A stretch of DNA of 64,000 nucleotides from Neoechinorhynchus agilis (Eukaryota > Animalia > Acanthocephala), in NCBI GenBank assembly GCA_051530055.1, contig CM121342.1, forward strand, positions 14,337,480 to 14,401,479. Direction: 5' to 3'. Positions 50,067 to 63,090 of the stretch are shown here, in pieces. A program made the position numbers and the translations under genes. Numbering within the stretch: the first letter of the stretch is position 1; each line of letters begins with the position of its first letter. The notes under the pieces are model-generated. The model had not been told where the DNA came from. It was given only the letters and a program-made list of their open reading frames with translations, and did no database searches.

Positions 50067-52194
50067 ATGTTGCATTCAATTCGTATAATTCTCTTCTGTC
50101 TGATACCAAGTGGACTTTTCGTCAGAAATAATTCCATGGGACTTACATGCTACCACGATCCGGTAGTGTCGGTCTCATATCCCCCTCCAGTATGCTTCAG
50201 TCGTTCGTGTGAAGGTCAACGATTATGGGGAGACGATTGCTTTGAGGTGGACACTGATGACGGTTGTAGTCGTTGTATCTGTGAGTATCTGAACGTGAAT
50301 GCAAAGCTAATTGAACATATGGAGCGAAACTGCTCGTCAAATACGCCATTATGGCAGTTGCTGACTAGTGAAAAGTACCAAGGGGATGTTAGTGTAGTCG
50401 ATGTAAAGTGGATCGGATCCCATAATTCTGCCAGTAATCAGCTCAGATTCGATTCTAGAAACATATGGAGTCGACCGTCGGTTGTTGGAAGTTCTCGGAA
50501 TTGGCTTTGTCGTGCGGTGAATACAATGGGACGGTTATCCGTCCTGAAAAAACGGGCTCAGATCGCTGCCAGGGACCAGTTCTATGATGTATGGTATCAA
50601 TTGCAGATCGGTGTTCGATACTTCGATTTTGATGTAGATCTCGATGGTGAGCAAATTAGGACGTGCCACTGCTTGTGGGGTACATTCATGACACTGGTTC
50701 GACGGGGATCAAACTAATACGTTACTTATTTTGTCTTAAATATTAGTACCTTAAACCCTTCTAGCCCTTCGGCTTAGATCACAGTATTATTCATTTTGCC
50801 GTAGTACTTTTCATTTTAAGAGAACGGTTGATTATAATTAACGCAAACGACCTTTTATTTCAGTGGTGGATTCTTTAAAAGGATGAGATAGACCATAGAT
50901 GAATTAGCTTCAATGTCATCAGAAAATGTGAGTCGTAAGTTACAATTATTTCCCTCTTTCCACTATTAAACACTTTTGTTGGTTACTTCAGTGAAATGCA
51001 AAACATTAATATGCACTTACCAATATACTAACGGCCGCTCGTAAATGTAGGGTACAAGTATTATTTATATCCATTAGACAGCAAAAATTAATCATTATCG
51101 ACCAGATATTCTGTTTGAGGTCGTTTTCCGAGAGATATTTTAGCTGTGTGTTTATAGCGGAAAAATCGAAGGAATTTATTAAATCAAGTGTTTTATTCAC
51201 AAACACTTAAACAACAAGATCGTGGCTCCGAAATATCGGATTCAACCAAAATTCCTTCAATTTTTCTGCCATAAACAAACATGAATAATTAATTCTTCGA
51301 TATTTGAGCCCGTAAATAACGAGGTAACGGGAAATAATGCAGAAACAAAGCGTCACTCTTCCGCTATCTCATCTGATGCCACAGGCGTTGAACCCAAGAA
51401 GTAAATGATTATTCCTTTTTGTAATTTAAATAAATTTTGCGTTATCGGTGCCATGATACAGACGGCTCAAAGTAGTACTTGAGCAAATCAAAGCTTTCCT
51501 TAGAATCAACCAGCGCGAGATAGTGCTGATTAATATTGGTCAAGGTGCTAATCAAGCGAAGACTGCAGCTGCTGTAGTTAAAGAATTGGGCGAAGTATTT
51601 GGAGATTTATTGGTTCCAGTGGATTTAGAAGTTTGGCCCTACAAAATCGCCGATTTGATTGACCGTGATCACCGTGTTCTGATTATTTGGTCTTACGAGA
51701 AGTATCTGATACGCGAAAAGCGAGATTTGAGGGTAAATGTTAAAAATGGCACCTCGACAACATCTACGGCGGCGCCGACTGTTCAAGTGAACGCTACAGC
51801 AATTAGCAGTACAACAACGAAAGCAATGACGACTAAACGAAACTTTATGCATTTGGAAAAGGAAGTTTTACGGGGCAAACCATCATCCGCAATGGACATT
51901 GAAACGGTGATGCAGGATCAGATGAAAAGTATGGAAATATTCAGACAATCTACATTTAATGTCCTTCACGTCTATAGTCGCAAATCTTTGCGGGACGGAC
52001 TAACACTTTTGACGGGACTGGAAGCATATGGGGCTGATATTGTACTTCGAGATGATGATCTTAGACGTAGTCTTCTGTTTGCAAATCATATTAGTCGATT
52101 AGTCCGGAAGGCGAATGTCTATCTTCTTAATTATGTTGACCAATACACAGTTCAATCGGCTGTTGGTTTAGCCGAACGAATGCGGGATTCCTGA
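50067..52194 (+). CDS. Secreted PI-PLC X-domain-like (PLCXD-type) protein, paralog 1; one long intron; a 1-nt frame discrepancy at the splice junction
   Basis: Signal-like N-terminus, Cys-rich pro-region, WIGSHNS (His 1), QLQIGVRYFDFD, TCHCLWG (His 2). Exon 2 reads RLKVVLEQIKAFLRINQREIVLI. GT at 50680 and AG at 51460-51461; splicing them leaves the frame off by one base. Confidence 0.75.
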
Positions 52195-52553
52195 TTGAAC
52201 ATGCATGTTTATTTTGCAAATAACTTATGGGCTTTAACTCAGGAATGTCAATGTTTTTTTATAAAGCAAGTCGACAAAAAATTAAAATAGTTGCGAAAAA
52301 CTAATTCTTAAAAATAAACTGCATGGCAGGGATAGTACCGTTAACGGAGATGATGTTGTCAAAAAATGATAGTATTAAGATGTTTTACGTGACGTCACTA
52401 TAGAACAAATTAAAGATAGGTACGCGGTTACAATAGGTTGCTTTCGTTGATTCATTTTAAAACCCTAATGACCACCACGCTCGAATGTCATTGTCGGTCT
52501 TGAGCAAATTGTCGCACTAAATATGTTTTTTAAATGAGAATTAAGAAAGGACA

Positions 52554-54140
52554 TCAAAGAAATTTTGCTTTTTCTCGAAAAGCCCTATTGATATTCATCA
52601 CAATCTTTTTTTTCAACTTTTTCGCCTTCATAATCGTATCTTCATTTACATGATTAAATAGGAACACATTAGCCAAAGTGAACGAACTTAAGTTCCTTTG
52701 ACTTAATTCGTCCATAAAGACCAATGATCGTTTCATAACATAGGACTGATAATGCTTTGGATTCAAAAAGACCATAAGTAAATCGAGGAGGCTCCGTTGA
52801 CAGTACAAGTGAAGAAAATTTAAATATCGATATACAAAAAAATCAGCTCGTGATAACTGAAGTTCCAAAATCTCATCAACACTCCTTCTTGCATCAAATC
52901 CACCATCGCAGAATACCCCCGTCGTATGAATGTAGGGGGGGTGCAAGCTACTGAAAACTCCATGGCGATCCGCAGACACAATTAGTATTCTTCGGTTTTC
53001 TTTAATCAACTCTTTAATTTTATAAGGCCACTTGGCCTCGTCCACAAAAATTATCAAGTCATTTAATATTGAGTATATTAGCTTTGAAACGCGTTTTGCC
53101 ATTCCTGACGAGACGATTCCATCGCTAATGCGGATTATTACAAGCTCATTCCGTCGACTTGTAATAAATTCTTTAATTTGATAAAGTAATGTCTTTAGTT
53201 CCCGTCCCCATAGAAATGAAAATTTCAATCAGCGAGACTAAATCGATCGAAAAGGTATACTTGTACATGTAATAGAAATCATGGTAGATGCTGCTGAAAA
53301 CTACCATTATCGTTTGGTAGGTTTCTATACGCTAAACCTGCCAATTAGGTCACGATCTTTGATTTTAGATGGTTTCTAAGTCAACATGTTGGGAAGGCGA
53401 AGTATAGAGTGAGTGAAAAATTCTAACCTAAAAATTGATTGCTTCGAAAACTCTCTTGGCCTTTTCCAATACGAATCTAAGGATCACATTGGACTGATTG
53501 AAAATTTCATCTTCATTAAACAATGTGTAATCCGGATTCGATTCCATTCATCCTTTCCGACATCCAGATCGAACACACGGACGCCTATCAAGAGTTGCTG
53601 CCATATGGTAAGCAGTTGATCGCTTGCATAAACCGAAGCCCTTTTTCGGATTAAATCATTGAAGCCCAAATTTGAAGCCAGATTACATATTGAATCGTTG
53701 TATGGATTATGAACCCCAAAGCTGTAGGATTTATTATCGTATGAATATTTGAGACGATCTGACCCAGAATTGTGTGATCCTATCCATATGATGTCAATAA
53801 TCGAAGGATCTTTATCGCGTAAAGCCATCTCACTCCACATTGGATTATCAGAAACGCAGTCTACTGTCGTTAGAATGGGGTTGATTGTTACTAGTTCACA
53901 TATGCATCCAGACTTGGAACGATCAAAACAAATGCGAGAGTCACCGGTTTCTAAAGCGACCCGAATCTTAGTTTAACCTAGCAGAAATTACAAGATTTAT
54001 AGAAGTCCGAATAATCACTAATTGAAAGGCTTATCGTATACGAGAATAGCAGACTTAATCAGGTTTATAATTCAGATATATGAAAAAAATGCCAGTTAAG
54101 ACGAGGAGAAGCCATAATGAACGTATTGTAAAGATATAAG
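52554..54140 (-). pseudogene. PI-PLC X-domain-like paralog 2, convergent with paralog 1; MITE-disrupted, with stops in the N-terminal region
   Basis: WIGSHNSGS; QQLLIGVRVFDLD; ITHCL^WGRELKTLLYQIKEFI..NELVII. The N-terminal region is homologous to paralog 1 (CICELVTIN vs CICEYLNVN) but carries in-frame TAA codons at ~53970-54060. Confidence 0.75.
53213..53516. mobile_element. 304-bp MITE with TIRs and TA target-site duplication (Tc1/mariner-type)
   Basis: Left end GAAATGAAAATTTCAATCAG; reverse complement of right end ATGAAGATGAAATTTTCAATCAG (16/17 core match). TA at 53211-53212 and 53517-53518. Removing the element and one TA restores CAT TGT TTA TGG GGA (HCLWG). Confidence 0.82.
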
Positions 54141-54339
54141 TAAAACTAATTTTTTCTAGATTACCATATCTTTTGAGTTAACTTCAGGTCTATTAGAATA
54201 AAACCTTCTCTTCTGTGTTTTAAGTGTGGCCTTTCTCACGCCTAATAATTTTCCTTTGGCACCCCGAGAAGGTGGGGGTTAACGGTGAGTTTCCTCATCC
54301 CTCCAATGATGTATTTCTTCCCATTTGGTTATGCGACAT

Positions 54340-54422
54340 GGACGATAATGGATTTTGAACCCTCTGAAACCAAACTGGGATCAGAAGCTCAAGTCCACTT
54401 TAAGACCTCGGCACAACTACGG
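54340..54422 (-). pseudogene. tRNA(Ser)-like relic or tRNA-derived SINE head
   Basis: Minus strand GTAGTTGTGCCGAGGTCTTAAAGTGGACTTGAGC...GGGTTCAAAATCC resembles eukaryotic tRNA-Ser 5' end, anticodon arm and B-box, but D-arm deletions and a broken acceptor stem preclude a functional cloverleaf. Confidence 0.3.
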
Positions 54423-54480
54423 AATATACAAACCCTGCCGTTTTTTGATTTTTAATTTTGGGCCAATTGAATATTTTTGT

Positions 54481-54607
54481 TTTTTGAAGGCTGACCAGCC
54501 GGTCACTTTTATTTTGTGTTTTTAAGGGCTGATAATTTTTCCTTGGGCACACAGCCCACCGATCTGGTTCAGGGAATGAAAGTTAGCGGCTGGCCATCCT
54601 TCAAAAA
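54481..54607. repeat. Small imperfect terminal inverted repeat (~28 bp arms), MITE-like
   Basis: TTTTTGAAGGCTGACCAGCCGGTCACTTT versus reverse complement of the right end TTTTTGAAGGATGGCCAGCCGCTAACTTT. Confidence 0.5.
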
Positions 54608-54963
54608 ATAAAAACCTTCTCTATAATAAGAAAAATAAAATACTATCTGCTGTACTGGTATCCCCTTTTCCTCGTTCCTTTTCGCATTAAAGATTCTTGT
54701 CGCCTATTAGTAGATCCTCTGAGCAATTGTCCACGTTCACATTTTTGATTACGTGATCAACCAAGCATGAGTTTGAACTGAACGCAATTTGAATCAGCAC
54801 AGAAACCATTATCTTCATAGTGGTATTCGAGACGTGCTTCATCGTGAACCTCCCCGACTAATGTTTCGCTCGGTGAGCTTTTATGGTGTATACGTGCACT
54901 TGGAACTCTAAGTTCTCAATTCACAAAGGGTTCGTTTGGTTACACTAACATTTTTGTGAGACA

Positions 54964-56098
54964 ATGTTTAAGGATGTGTGTATGTGGATTATCTTTTCCG
55001 TAAATGACGACTTCAGGGATCGTTACAATTATCTCTTCGTGGTGTGCAAAGACGTTGATCACGACGCCTCTACACTCATGAACACTTCGCAGTTACCATG
55101 GAAATTGCGACCTTTTATTGCCAAATCCACTTTGTGGATATGGATTTGATTGCAACTGTCACTTGCCTATCCATCGTTATTATAACAGCATTCATTTTCC
55201 TCATTTGTGTCTCTGTTAAAAAGAAAAGAAATCAAAGGCAATTTTTAAACAATGGCGAACAGGAAAAGGAGTCAGCAACGAGGATGGATGTTAACGAATA
55301 CACATTATCCATATAATCAGGCTCTGTGTCGGGAACACTCATGTCGTCTGCTTTCCTGGTAATAACATTCTAAGCACATAACGTTCACTGGTTAAAAAAT
55401 CGTCCCAATCCCACTTTTATTACTCTAAAAATGTCGGCTATGTTAAAAAAGAGGCTTCAACAGTGTTCAATATGGCAATTTTGCCTCTAGTTATAAATCT
55501 TAAACCTTTCGATTTTTCAGTTTTGTAATCGTACTGTCGCTCAATACAAAGGTTTTTGTCTAAAAAATGCTCTTGTCAGCACACTTGACCTAGGAAAAAT
55601 ATAATCTAAGGCAGCTTCTAGGCAAACAAGTAGCGATTGGCAATAGAAAATCCTTTTGTGCATCCCTCGCGCCGTATTCCCAGAAATCAACATCAACTGC
55701 ACCCTCTAAGTCGTAAGGCGTAGTTGCACTTTGTAATCTGTGTGTTTTAAATTTTAGGAGGTACGTTGAACAGAGCTTCAGCTAAATCTTTGGCTAGAAG
55801 GAACACAAATCCATACAAAACCTTCTTTACACACTCGTCAAACATCCATTCACAGTACGTAAAATCGACTCCAAATCGAAAAGTACCCGATATAAACGAT
55901 ATGAGCGATCGACCGATGGGAAACAAAGCCGATTCAGCATTATTCGATTCTCCAGTCGATCCTATTGGTCAATCCTTGACTAATACTTTAGATAAAGACC
56001 ATCGGCACGTTTCATTAAAGTCGAACGTGGTTCCATCAGCAAATCATAATAATTTAAAAGCCGTTCAATTCTATCAGCGACATACATTTTCTGAATAA
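54964..56098 (+). CDS. Probable single-pass membrane protein, exon structure unresolved
   Basis: TM segment LIATVTCLSIVIITAFIFLICVSV followed by KKKRNQR (55140-55240). A low-complexity cytoplasmic-like frame at 55766-56098 follows a TTTTAG acceptor. I could not build one clean spliced ORF. Confidence 0.35.
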
Positions 56099-58346
56099 AT
56101 AACTACTTACTTTCTTGAGTACTAAGTAGACTGAAATCATGTTTCAATATGACTAATTCGAGGCTCTCTTTCATGCTCCTAATCTAAACGAAAAAATTCA
56201 CGGTAATTTTTTACCTGAGGAAAAACAACCAAACGTCTTTTAACATCACCGTTTTGGTGTCCTATCCACTCGTTTTCAAGGGTGCAAACATTTCTCCGTG
56301 AATTCGTTGTGAGTGTGCCACGCGCTCATTTCCTTTTAAAAGAACCAATCATTCATCACTCACGTATCCCGGCAACCTTTACTCCTTTTCCGCAAATCCA
56401 GCGATGGTTCGAAGGCAGAAAAAAATTCGTATGAGCAGCTAGTTATACTGCGTCCAAGTAAATAAAACGTACACTTGAGTGATCCTAAAAATGATTTTCA
56501 CAATTAATTTTTAGCTTAATGTATTTCCCCGGAAACTTTATAAAAGGGTATATCAGGAGCGAAAACAATGAGCGTAAAACAAAACTTGAATTATGCCACA
56601 TTAGTCTAAAACGAAACATCGGGCTAAGAGTTTGCCTTTTATCACACTTCCTGCGTCCGAAATCAGCTTAGCAAGTTTGGTAGCTTGTAAAAACGCATCA
56701 GTCTTCCATTTTCGTTTTCTTTGACACTGATTAGTCACCATTTCCTGCTTCAAGGGAAATCCGCCCTAAGATCTCTTGTCAAACACCTAATGAACAAAAC
56801 ACTTCTATAGTCTTGGCTCCATTTCAGTGTTCTAAAATCCATCTAAGTAAACCAAAAAGTCAGCGAGTTTCTGCGAATCTTCTGGACCATACTGTAATTT
56901 GTATGCAAGTTCCCTTCTTGTTTTTGCACATGATTTTATCATGAAGATTAAAATTCACAAAATCAGGCGGGACTACGGGTCACATTTTTTAAAGCGTTTT
57001 ATAAGCACTAGAAGCGTTGGAAGTCCTTCCTTAATAGTTTAATGATTAAGATAAGACTCATTTCGGCAATGAGGGTCATCAGTAGTCTTCCAAATTCACG
57101 TAGGGCTGTATTTTAAGGACAGTTGAAGTAGCCTATAACGAAAGCTAGACATCACATTTTTTTAACTCGGATATTAATTGTCGAGATAAATCGTAAATTA
57201 AATGTAAAATTTAGTATATAGCCAGCGTTTAAAAGATTTCGGTGTCTCGTCTGTTAGCATTATACTTACACAAGATTTGGCGGTCCAACTAACTGCGTTG
57301 TTCATGGAAAAGTACACATTTTCCGTTTTCGGTTACGTGGTCCGTCGTTTCATTGAAAAGTAGTAAGCAGTTAACCAAAGGCCAAAATAACAGCTAAATT
57401 CATTTGATAAGAGAAGGCAAGCAACTTATTTCGTTTTTAATGTTCGGATCAAGGTCCATTCGATTAGAAGGGGGTGAAAAAATCCAATTGTTCCAAAGAG
57501 TTTCATGTCGGTGCAAAGTTCAATTTCATTGGCGAACTCTACGATTTCAAGCTCACGACTGGAACTTAACGAACCTTTCCTTTTCGTTTGTGGCCAAACC
57601 ACAATGCGAACACGAGCTACCAACCTTTAAGATCGAGTTTTTCCACTTTAATAGATATAAACGAAATGTTCTCCGGAACACGCTTTGCACTCGGCTCTTT
57701 CCTACGAATCCGAATGCATCAGCTCCTTTAGTGAATTCATTTAAACGTTCTGCGTTCTCGTGACATTACGAGAAAGCGGAGCCACCCGGGTTATTCCCGT
57801 CTCCCCGCGTTCTATACGTTCTTCGAGCGCATTTGAATTGAGTCATTGACAAAGAAGCGGGAGGGTAGTGTTCCAAAATTGACGCTAGCGCTAAATGCAC
57901 AAACCATGGACTCGACCGTAGTCAATGAGCGGTGAACATTGACCCATTCGATCCGGTACCGTGAAGATCTCTAACAAATTGTAGCCAATTCTAAACGGAG
58001 TCGTCGCAGACTTTACCTGAACGAATAGTCACCTTGACTGGAGCAAGAAAGAGAATGCGTTCATCCTTGCTGTCTACCATGTCAACTGTCTCCCCGCCGA
58101 CTGCCATTTCCTTGAGTTTTTCCACAACTGTCTCGCAAAACCCTTTCCATCTCTAAATATCGCACCCATCTCCCTAAATGTTCACCATCATCATCATCGT
58201 CAACAACAACGATATGTAAAAACACGCGTGCACGAAAACACCCCGACCCTATTGCGCAAGACATCGATTGATCAGTTTTGTGCGTCATCGCCAATCCACA
58301 CTCCCGTTACCCGTCTCTTCTCCCATCTACCTTTTCCGATCACCAA

Positions 58347-59846
58347 ATGCTCGATATACCTTCGTCCCAAACAAAATCCCCGTCCACATCACCGGAAATG
58401 AACACCGAAGATGTTCCCGTAGAACACGGCATCCACAGCAAATGCTTCTTTACTGCGAAACTCCTCATGCAACGAAAAGTAAGGGAATTACTGCGGACAG
58501 TCTCAATAATCTTTTATCCAGGAAGTCGGAGTCATCATCGGAAGGAAAGGAGAAATAGCAAACCAAATAAGAAACCAGGTACGACAACTGTCAAAATTTT
58601 ATGATAACATCTACTTTTGTTCTCATCAGAATAACGTTAATCTTAACATCAGCGATCCGTTCACACCTGAGCGAGTTGTCACCATCACTGGAGAATTCGA
58701 AGGAGTCCTTTCCGCTCTTGAACAAATTTGCCAAAAATTTGAACAGGAAACGAAGACAAGGGACTCAAATGGATCAATCAGCGAGCGAAACCTTAATTTC
58801 AGGCTTCTTATCCCGAGCAGTCAGTGTGGATCCATCATTGGCAGAAGTGGCATTAGAATCAGTCAATTGAGAGACGTAAGTATTCTAATTTAGTGGGCAA
58901 AAAACTAATCATTGACAACCAAAACGCCCAAAGCATTACTGTGGCTTGAGTTTCCGTCATCGTGATTTCGATATTTTTTTTAGAAATCAGGAGCCGTTAT
59001 TCAAGTGACTGGAGAGCCTCTTCCTAACTCAACAGAAAGAGCAGTGCTCATATCCGCGTCTACATCTGAACCGATTGTGGTTTGTTTCAGAGATATCTGT
59101 AAAACCTTAATTGAGGTATGAATATCAAATGACCCCAATAACCAACTTAACCTCAATGTGTTCTCCTCGAACAATATACAGCACCCGTCCCGAACCGAAT
59201 CAATACCATACAGACCGTCCTCACTGACCGGAAATGCACCCCATGCCAATTTGATAGGCCAACAGCAGGCATCATTTAACCCCATAGCGGCTGCAACCGC
59301 AGCAGCGCTCAGCACTGCCTACCAACACCCCACACTCTCGCCACTTTTCTTGCTCAATCACCAGCAACAACAATACTTGGCCAGCGCTGCAGCGGCAGTG
59401 GCCAGTCTTCAGGGATTCAACGCGCAACAAATATCAAACTCCAAATTTATCGCGTCAGCAAACCCATTGTACGGTTAGTCTCGAATTACAAGTATCCCGA
59501 CTAATTATATATTGCTTAAGCTACCAGTGCAGCGACAAACCAAGGTGAAAGTTTGCATACCAGAGAAATGTCAATACCGAACGAATTGATTGGCTGTGTG
59601 ATTGGACGAGCGGGAAGGAAGATCACGGAAATAAGGTATATTTTAGGTTTATAATTAGAGAACATTTTTGATTAGTAACCGTTTAGACAAATATCAGGCG
59701 CGAATATAAAAATATCTGATTTGGAGGAAACTCGGCAGGAAAGACGAGTAATGATCACAGGGACCTTCGAGCAAGTTACAATGGCTGAAACTCTAATAAA
59801 GTCCAGGATCGCGGCTGAAATCCAGGCTGTAGTTCTTAGTCGATGA
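58347..59846 (+). CDS. PCBP: Poly(rC)-binding protein (PCBP/hnRNP E, Drosophila mub type), three KH domains, multi-exon
   Basis: KH1 LLMQRK|EVGVIIGRKGE..PERVVTITG. KH2 RLLIPSSQCGSIIGRSG..QVTGEPLPNSTERAV. Linker IPYRP. KH3 SIPNELIGCVIGRAGRKITEIR|QISGANIKI. TGA at 59844-59846; GT-AG introns. Confidence 0.93.
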
Positions 59847-60094
59847 TAATGATCGATGGATGTTTGCGTGTTCGCAAATGAGTCGACTGTTCATGATTAG
59901 ATTATAAGCATATTCTGTGGGGGTTGGGGGTAAATCGGTTCCGGCTTCAAACCATTGATCAAAAAAGGTTCAATATGTGACAAAACAGACGCAGAACTTC
60001 AGTGGAATTATCAATGTAACCGTAACACCCAAACATCATTTCTGACTAAAACAACCCGAAGAGTTGCATTCGGGAACAAATTTCTAAGACTATT

Positions 60095-62990
60095 TACGCG
60101 AAACAATCAGATTAATTTTATGGAATCTATTATTATTCATTTTACTAATCAGGGCAGTACGAAAAACTACACTTTACATTGCTTTCCAGTTCACTTTAAA
60201 TACATAAAAATTAAAAAACAGCCAGCTCACTAAACGAGAAAAACTCAAGATATAACGTCGTCGGCTCTACATCTCCCGAACTATAGTCGAAGAGTTGAAT
60301 TTAAGAATAATAATCATAAACAAAATATTATCTCTCATAAAAGAGAGTAAAACGAGTAAATTGTGTGTTTTCGCATTTCCTAAACAAAGAGATTTTCCTC
60401 GTACCTGAATATAGCCAAAGCGAAAATAACATCTTACGCGAAACAATCAGATGAATGTTATGGAATCTATTATTATTCATTTTACTAATCAGGGCAGTAC
60501 GAAAAACTACACTTTACATTGCTTTTCAGTTCACTTTAAATATATATAAAAAATTAAAAAACAGCCAGCTCACTAAACGAGAAAACCTCAAGATATCACG
60601 TCGTCGGCTCTACATCTCCCGAACTATAGTCGAAGAGTTGAATTTAAGAATAATAATCATAAACAAAATATTATCTCTCATAAAAGAGAGTAAAACGAGT
60701 AAACTGTGTGTTTTCGCATTTAATAAACAAAGAGATTTTCCTCGTACCTGAATATAGCCAAAGCGAAAATAACATCTTACGTGAAACAATCAGATGAATG
60801 TAATGGAATCTATTATTATTCATTCTACTAATCAGGGCAGTACGAAAAATTACACTTTACATTGCTTTTCAGTTCACTTTAAATATATATAAAAAATTAA
60901 AAAACAGCCAGCCCACTAAAAGAGAAAAACTCAAGATACAACGTCGTCGGCTCTACATCTCCCGAACTATAGTCGAAGAATTGAATTTAAGAATAATCAT
61001 AAACAAAATATTATCTCTCATAAAAGAGAGTAAAACGAGTAAATTGTGTGTTTTCGCATTTCCTAAACAAAGAGATTTTCCTCGTACCTGAATATAGCCA
61101 AAGCGAAAATAACATCTTACGCGAAACAATCAGATGAATGTTATGGAATCTATTATTATTCATATTACTAATCAGGGCAGTACGAAAAACTACACTTTAC
61201 ATTGCTTTTCAGTTCACTTTAAATATATATAAAAAATTAAAAAACAGCCAGCCATCTAAACGAGAAAAACTCAAGATACAACGTCGTCGGCTCTACATCG
61301 CCCGAACTATAGTCGAAGAATTGAATTTAAGAATAATCATAAATAAAATAGTATCTCTCATAAAACAGAGTAAAACGAGTAAGTTGTGTGTTTTCGCATT
61401 TCTTAAACAAAGAGATTTTTCTCGTACCTGAATATAGCCAAAGCGAAAATAACATCTTACGCGAAACAATCAGATGAATGTTACGGAATCTATTATTATT
61501 CATTCTACTAATCAGGGCAGTACGAAAAATTACACTTTACATTGCTTTTCAGTTCACTTTAAATATATATAAAAAATTAAAAAACAGCCAGCCCACTAAA
61601 AGAGAAAAACTCAAGATACAACGTCGTCGGCTCTACATCTCCAGAACTATAGTCGAAGAATTGAATTTAAGAATAATCATAAACAAAATATTATCTCTCA
61701 TAAAACAGAGTAAAACGAGTAAATTGTGTGTTTTCGCATTTAATAAACAAAGAGATTTTCCTCGTACCTGAATATAGCCAAAGCGAAAATAACATCTTAC
61801 GTGAAACAATCAGATGAATGTTATGGAATCTATTATTATTCATTTTACTAATCAGGGCAGTACGAAAAACTACACTTTACATTGCTTTTCAGTTCACTTT
61901 AAATATATATAAAAAATTAAAAAACAGCCAGCTCACTAAACGAGAAAAACTCAAGATATAACGTCGTCGGCTCTACATCTCCCGAACTATAGTCGAAGAG
62001 TTGAATTTAAGAATAATCATAAACAAAATATTATCTCTCATAAAACAGAGTAAAACGAGTAAATTGTGTGTTTTCGCATTTAATAAACAAAGAGATTTTC
62101 CTCGTACCTGAATATAGCCAAAGCGAAAATAACATCTTACGTGAAACAATCAGATGAATGTAATGGAATCTATTATTATTCATTCTACTAATCAGGGCAG
62201 TACGAAAAATTACACTTTACATTGCTTTTCAGTTCACTTTAAATATATATAAAAAATTAAAAAACAGCCAGCCCACTAAACGAGAAAAACTCAAGATACA
62301 ACGTCGTCGGCTCTACATCTCCCGAACTATAGTCGAAGAATTGAATTTAAGAATAATCATAAACAAAATATTATCTCTCATAAAACAGAGTAAAACGAGT
62401 AATTGTGTGTTTTCGCATTTATAAACAAAGAGATTTTCCTCGCCTGAATATAGCCAAAGCGAAAATAACATCTTACGGAAACAATCAGATGAATGTTATG
62501 GAATCTATTATTATTCATTTTACTAATCAGGGGTAGAAAAATACACTTTACATTGCTTTCCAGTTCACTTTAAATAATAAAAATTAAAAAACAGCCAGCT
62601 CACTAAACGAGAAAACCTCAAGATATCACGTCGTCGGCTCTACATCTCCCGAACTATAGTCGAAGAATTGAATTTAAGAATAATCATAAACAAAATATTA
62701 TCTCTCATAAAACAGAGTAAAACGAGTAAATTGTGTGTTTTCGCATTTAATAAACAAAGAGATTTTCCTCGTACCTGAATATAGCCAAAGCGAAAATAAC
62801 ATCTTTTAAGAATAATCAAACAAAATATTATCTCTCATAAAAATAAAACGAGTAAATTAAGAATAATCATAAATAAAATATTATCTCTCATAAAAAGGTA
62901 AAACGAGTAAATTGTGTGTTTTCGCATTTCCTAAACAAAGAGATTTTCCTCGTACCTGAATATAGCCAAAGCGAAAATAACATCTTACGC
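60095..62990. repeat. Tandem array, ~340-bp unit, about 8.5 copies
   Basis: C(G/T)GAAACAATCAGAT unit start recurs at ~60097, 60437, 60780, 61120, 61460, 61800, 62140 and 62477. The last unit is rearranged (62806-62890). The 97-aa ORFs are repeat artefacts. Confidence 0.96.
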
Positions 62991-63090
62991 AATTTCAAAT
63001 TCACGTACCTTCCTTGCTCATTGTCGCCATAGAAACCATATCCCTGTTTAGAAGGTTTTGCATAGTTTATCAAGAATATCATATTTTCCA

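Noticed and set aside
56560-57130. Decayed BEL/Pao gag-like coding on the minus strand
   Set aside because: Protein-like composition with many stops but no diagnostic motif, LTR or PBS.
58082-58294. Minus-strand 70-aa ORF with poly-Asp
   Set aside because: It arises from a CAT/CAA microsatellite in the probable PCBP 5' region; no other support.
60095-62990. 97-aa repeated ORF as a tandem gene family, or common origin with the 109-bp satellite
   Set aside because: The ORF is broken in several units and has repeat-like composition; similarity to the 109-mer is limited to short AT-rich words (CATTGCTTT).
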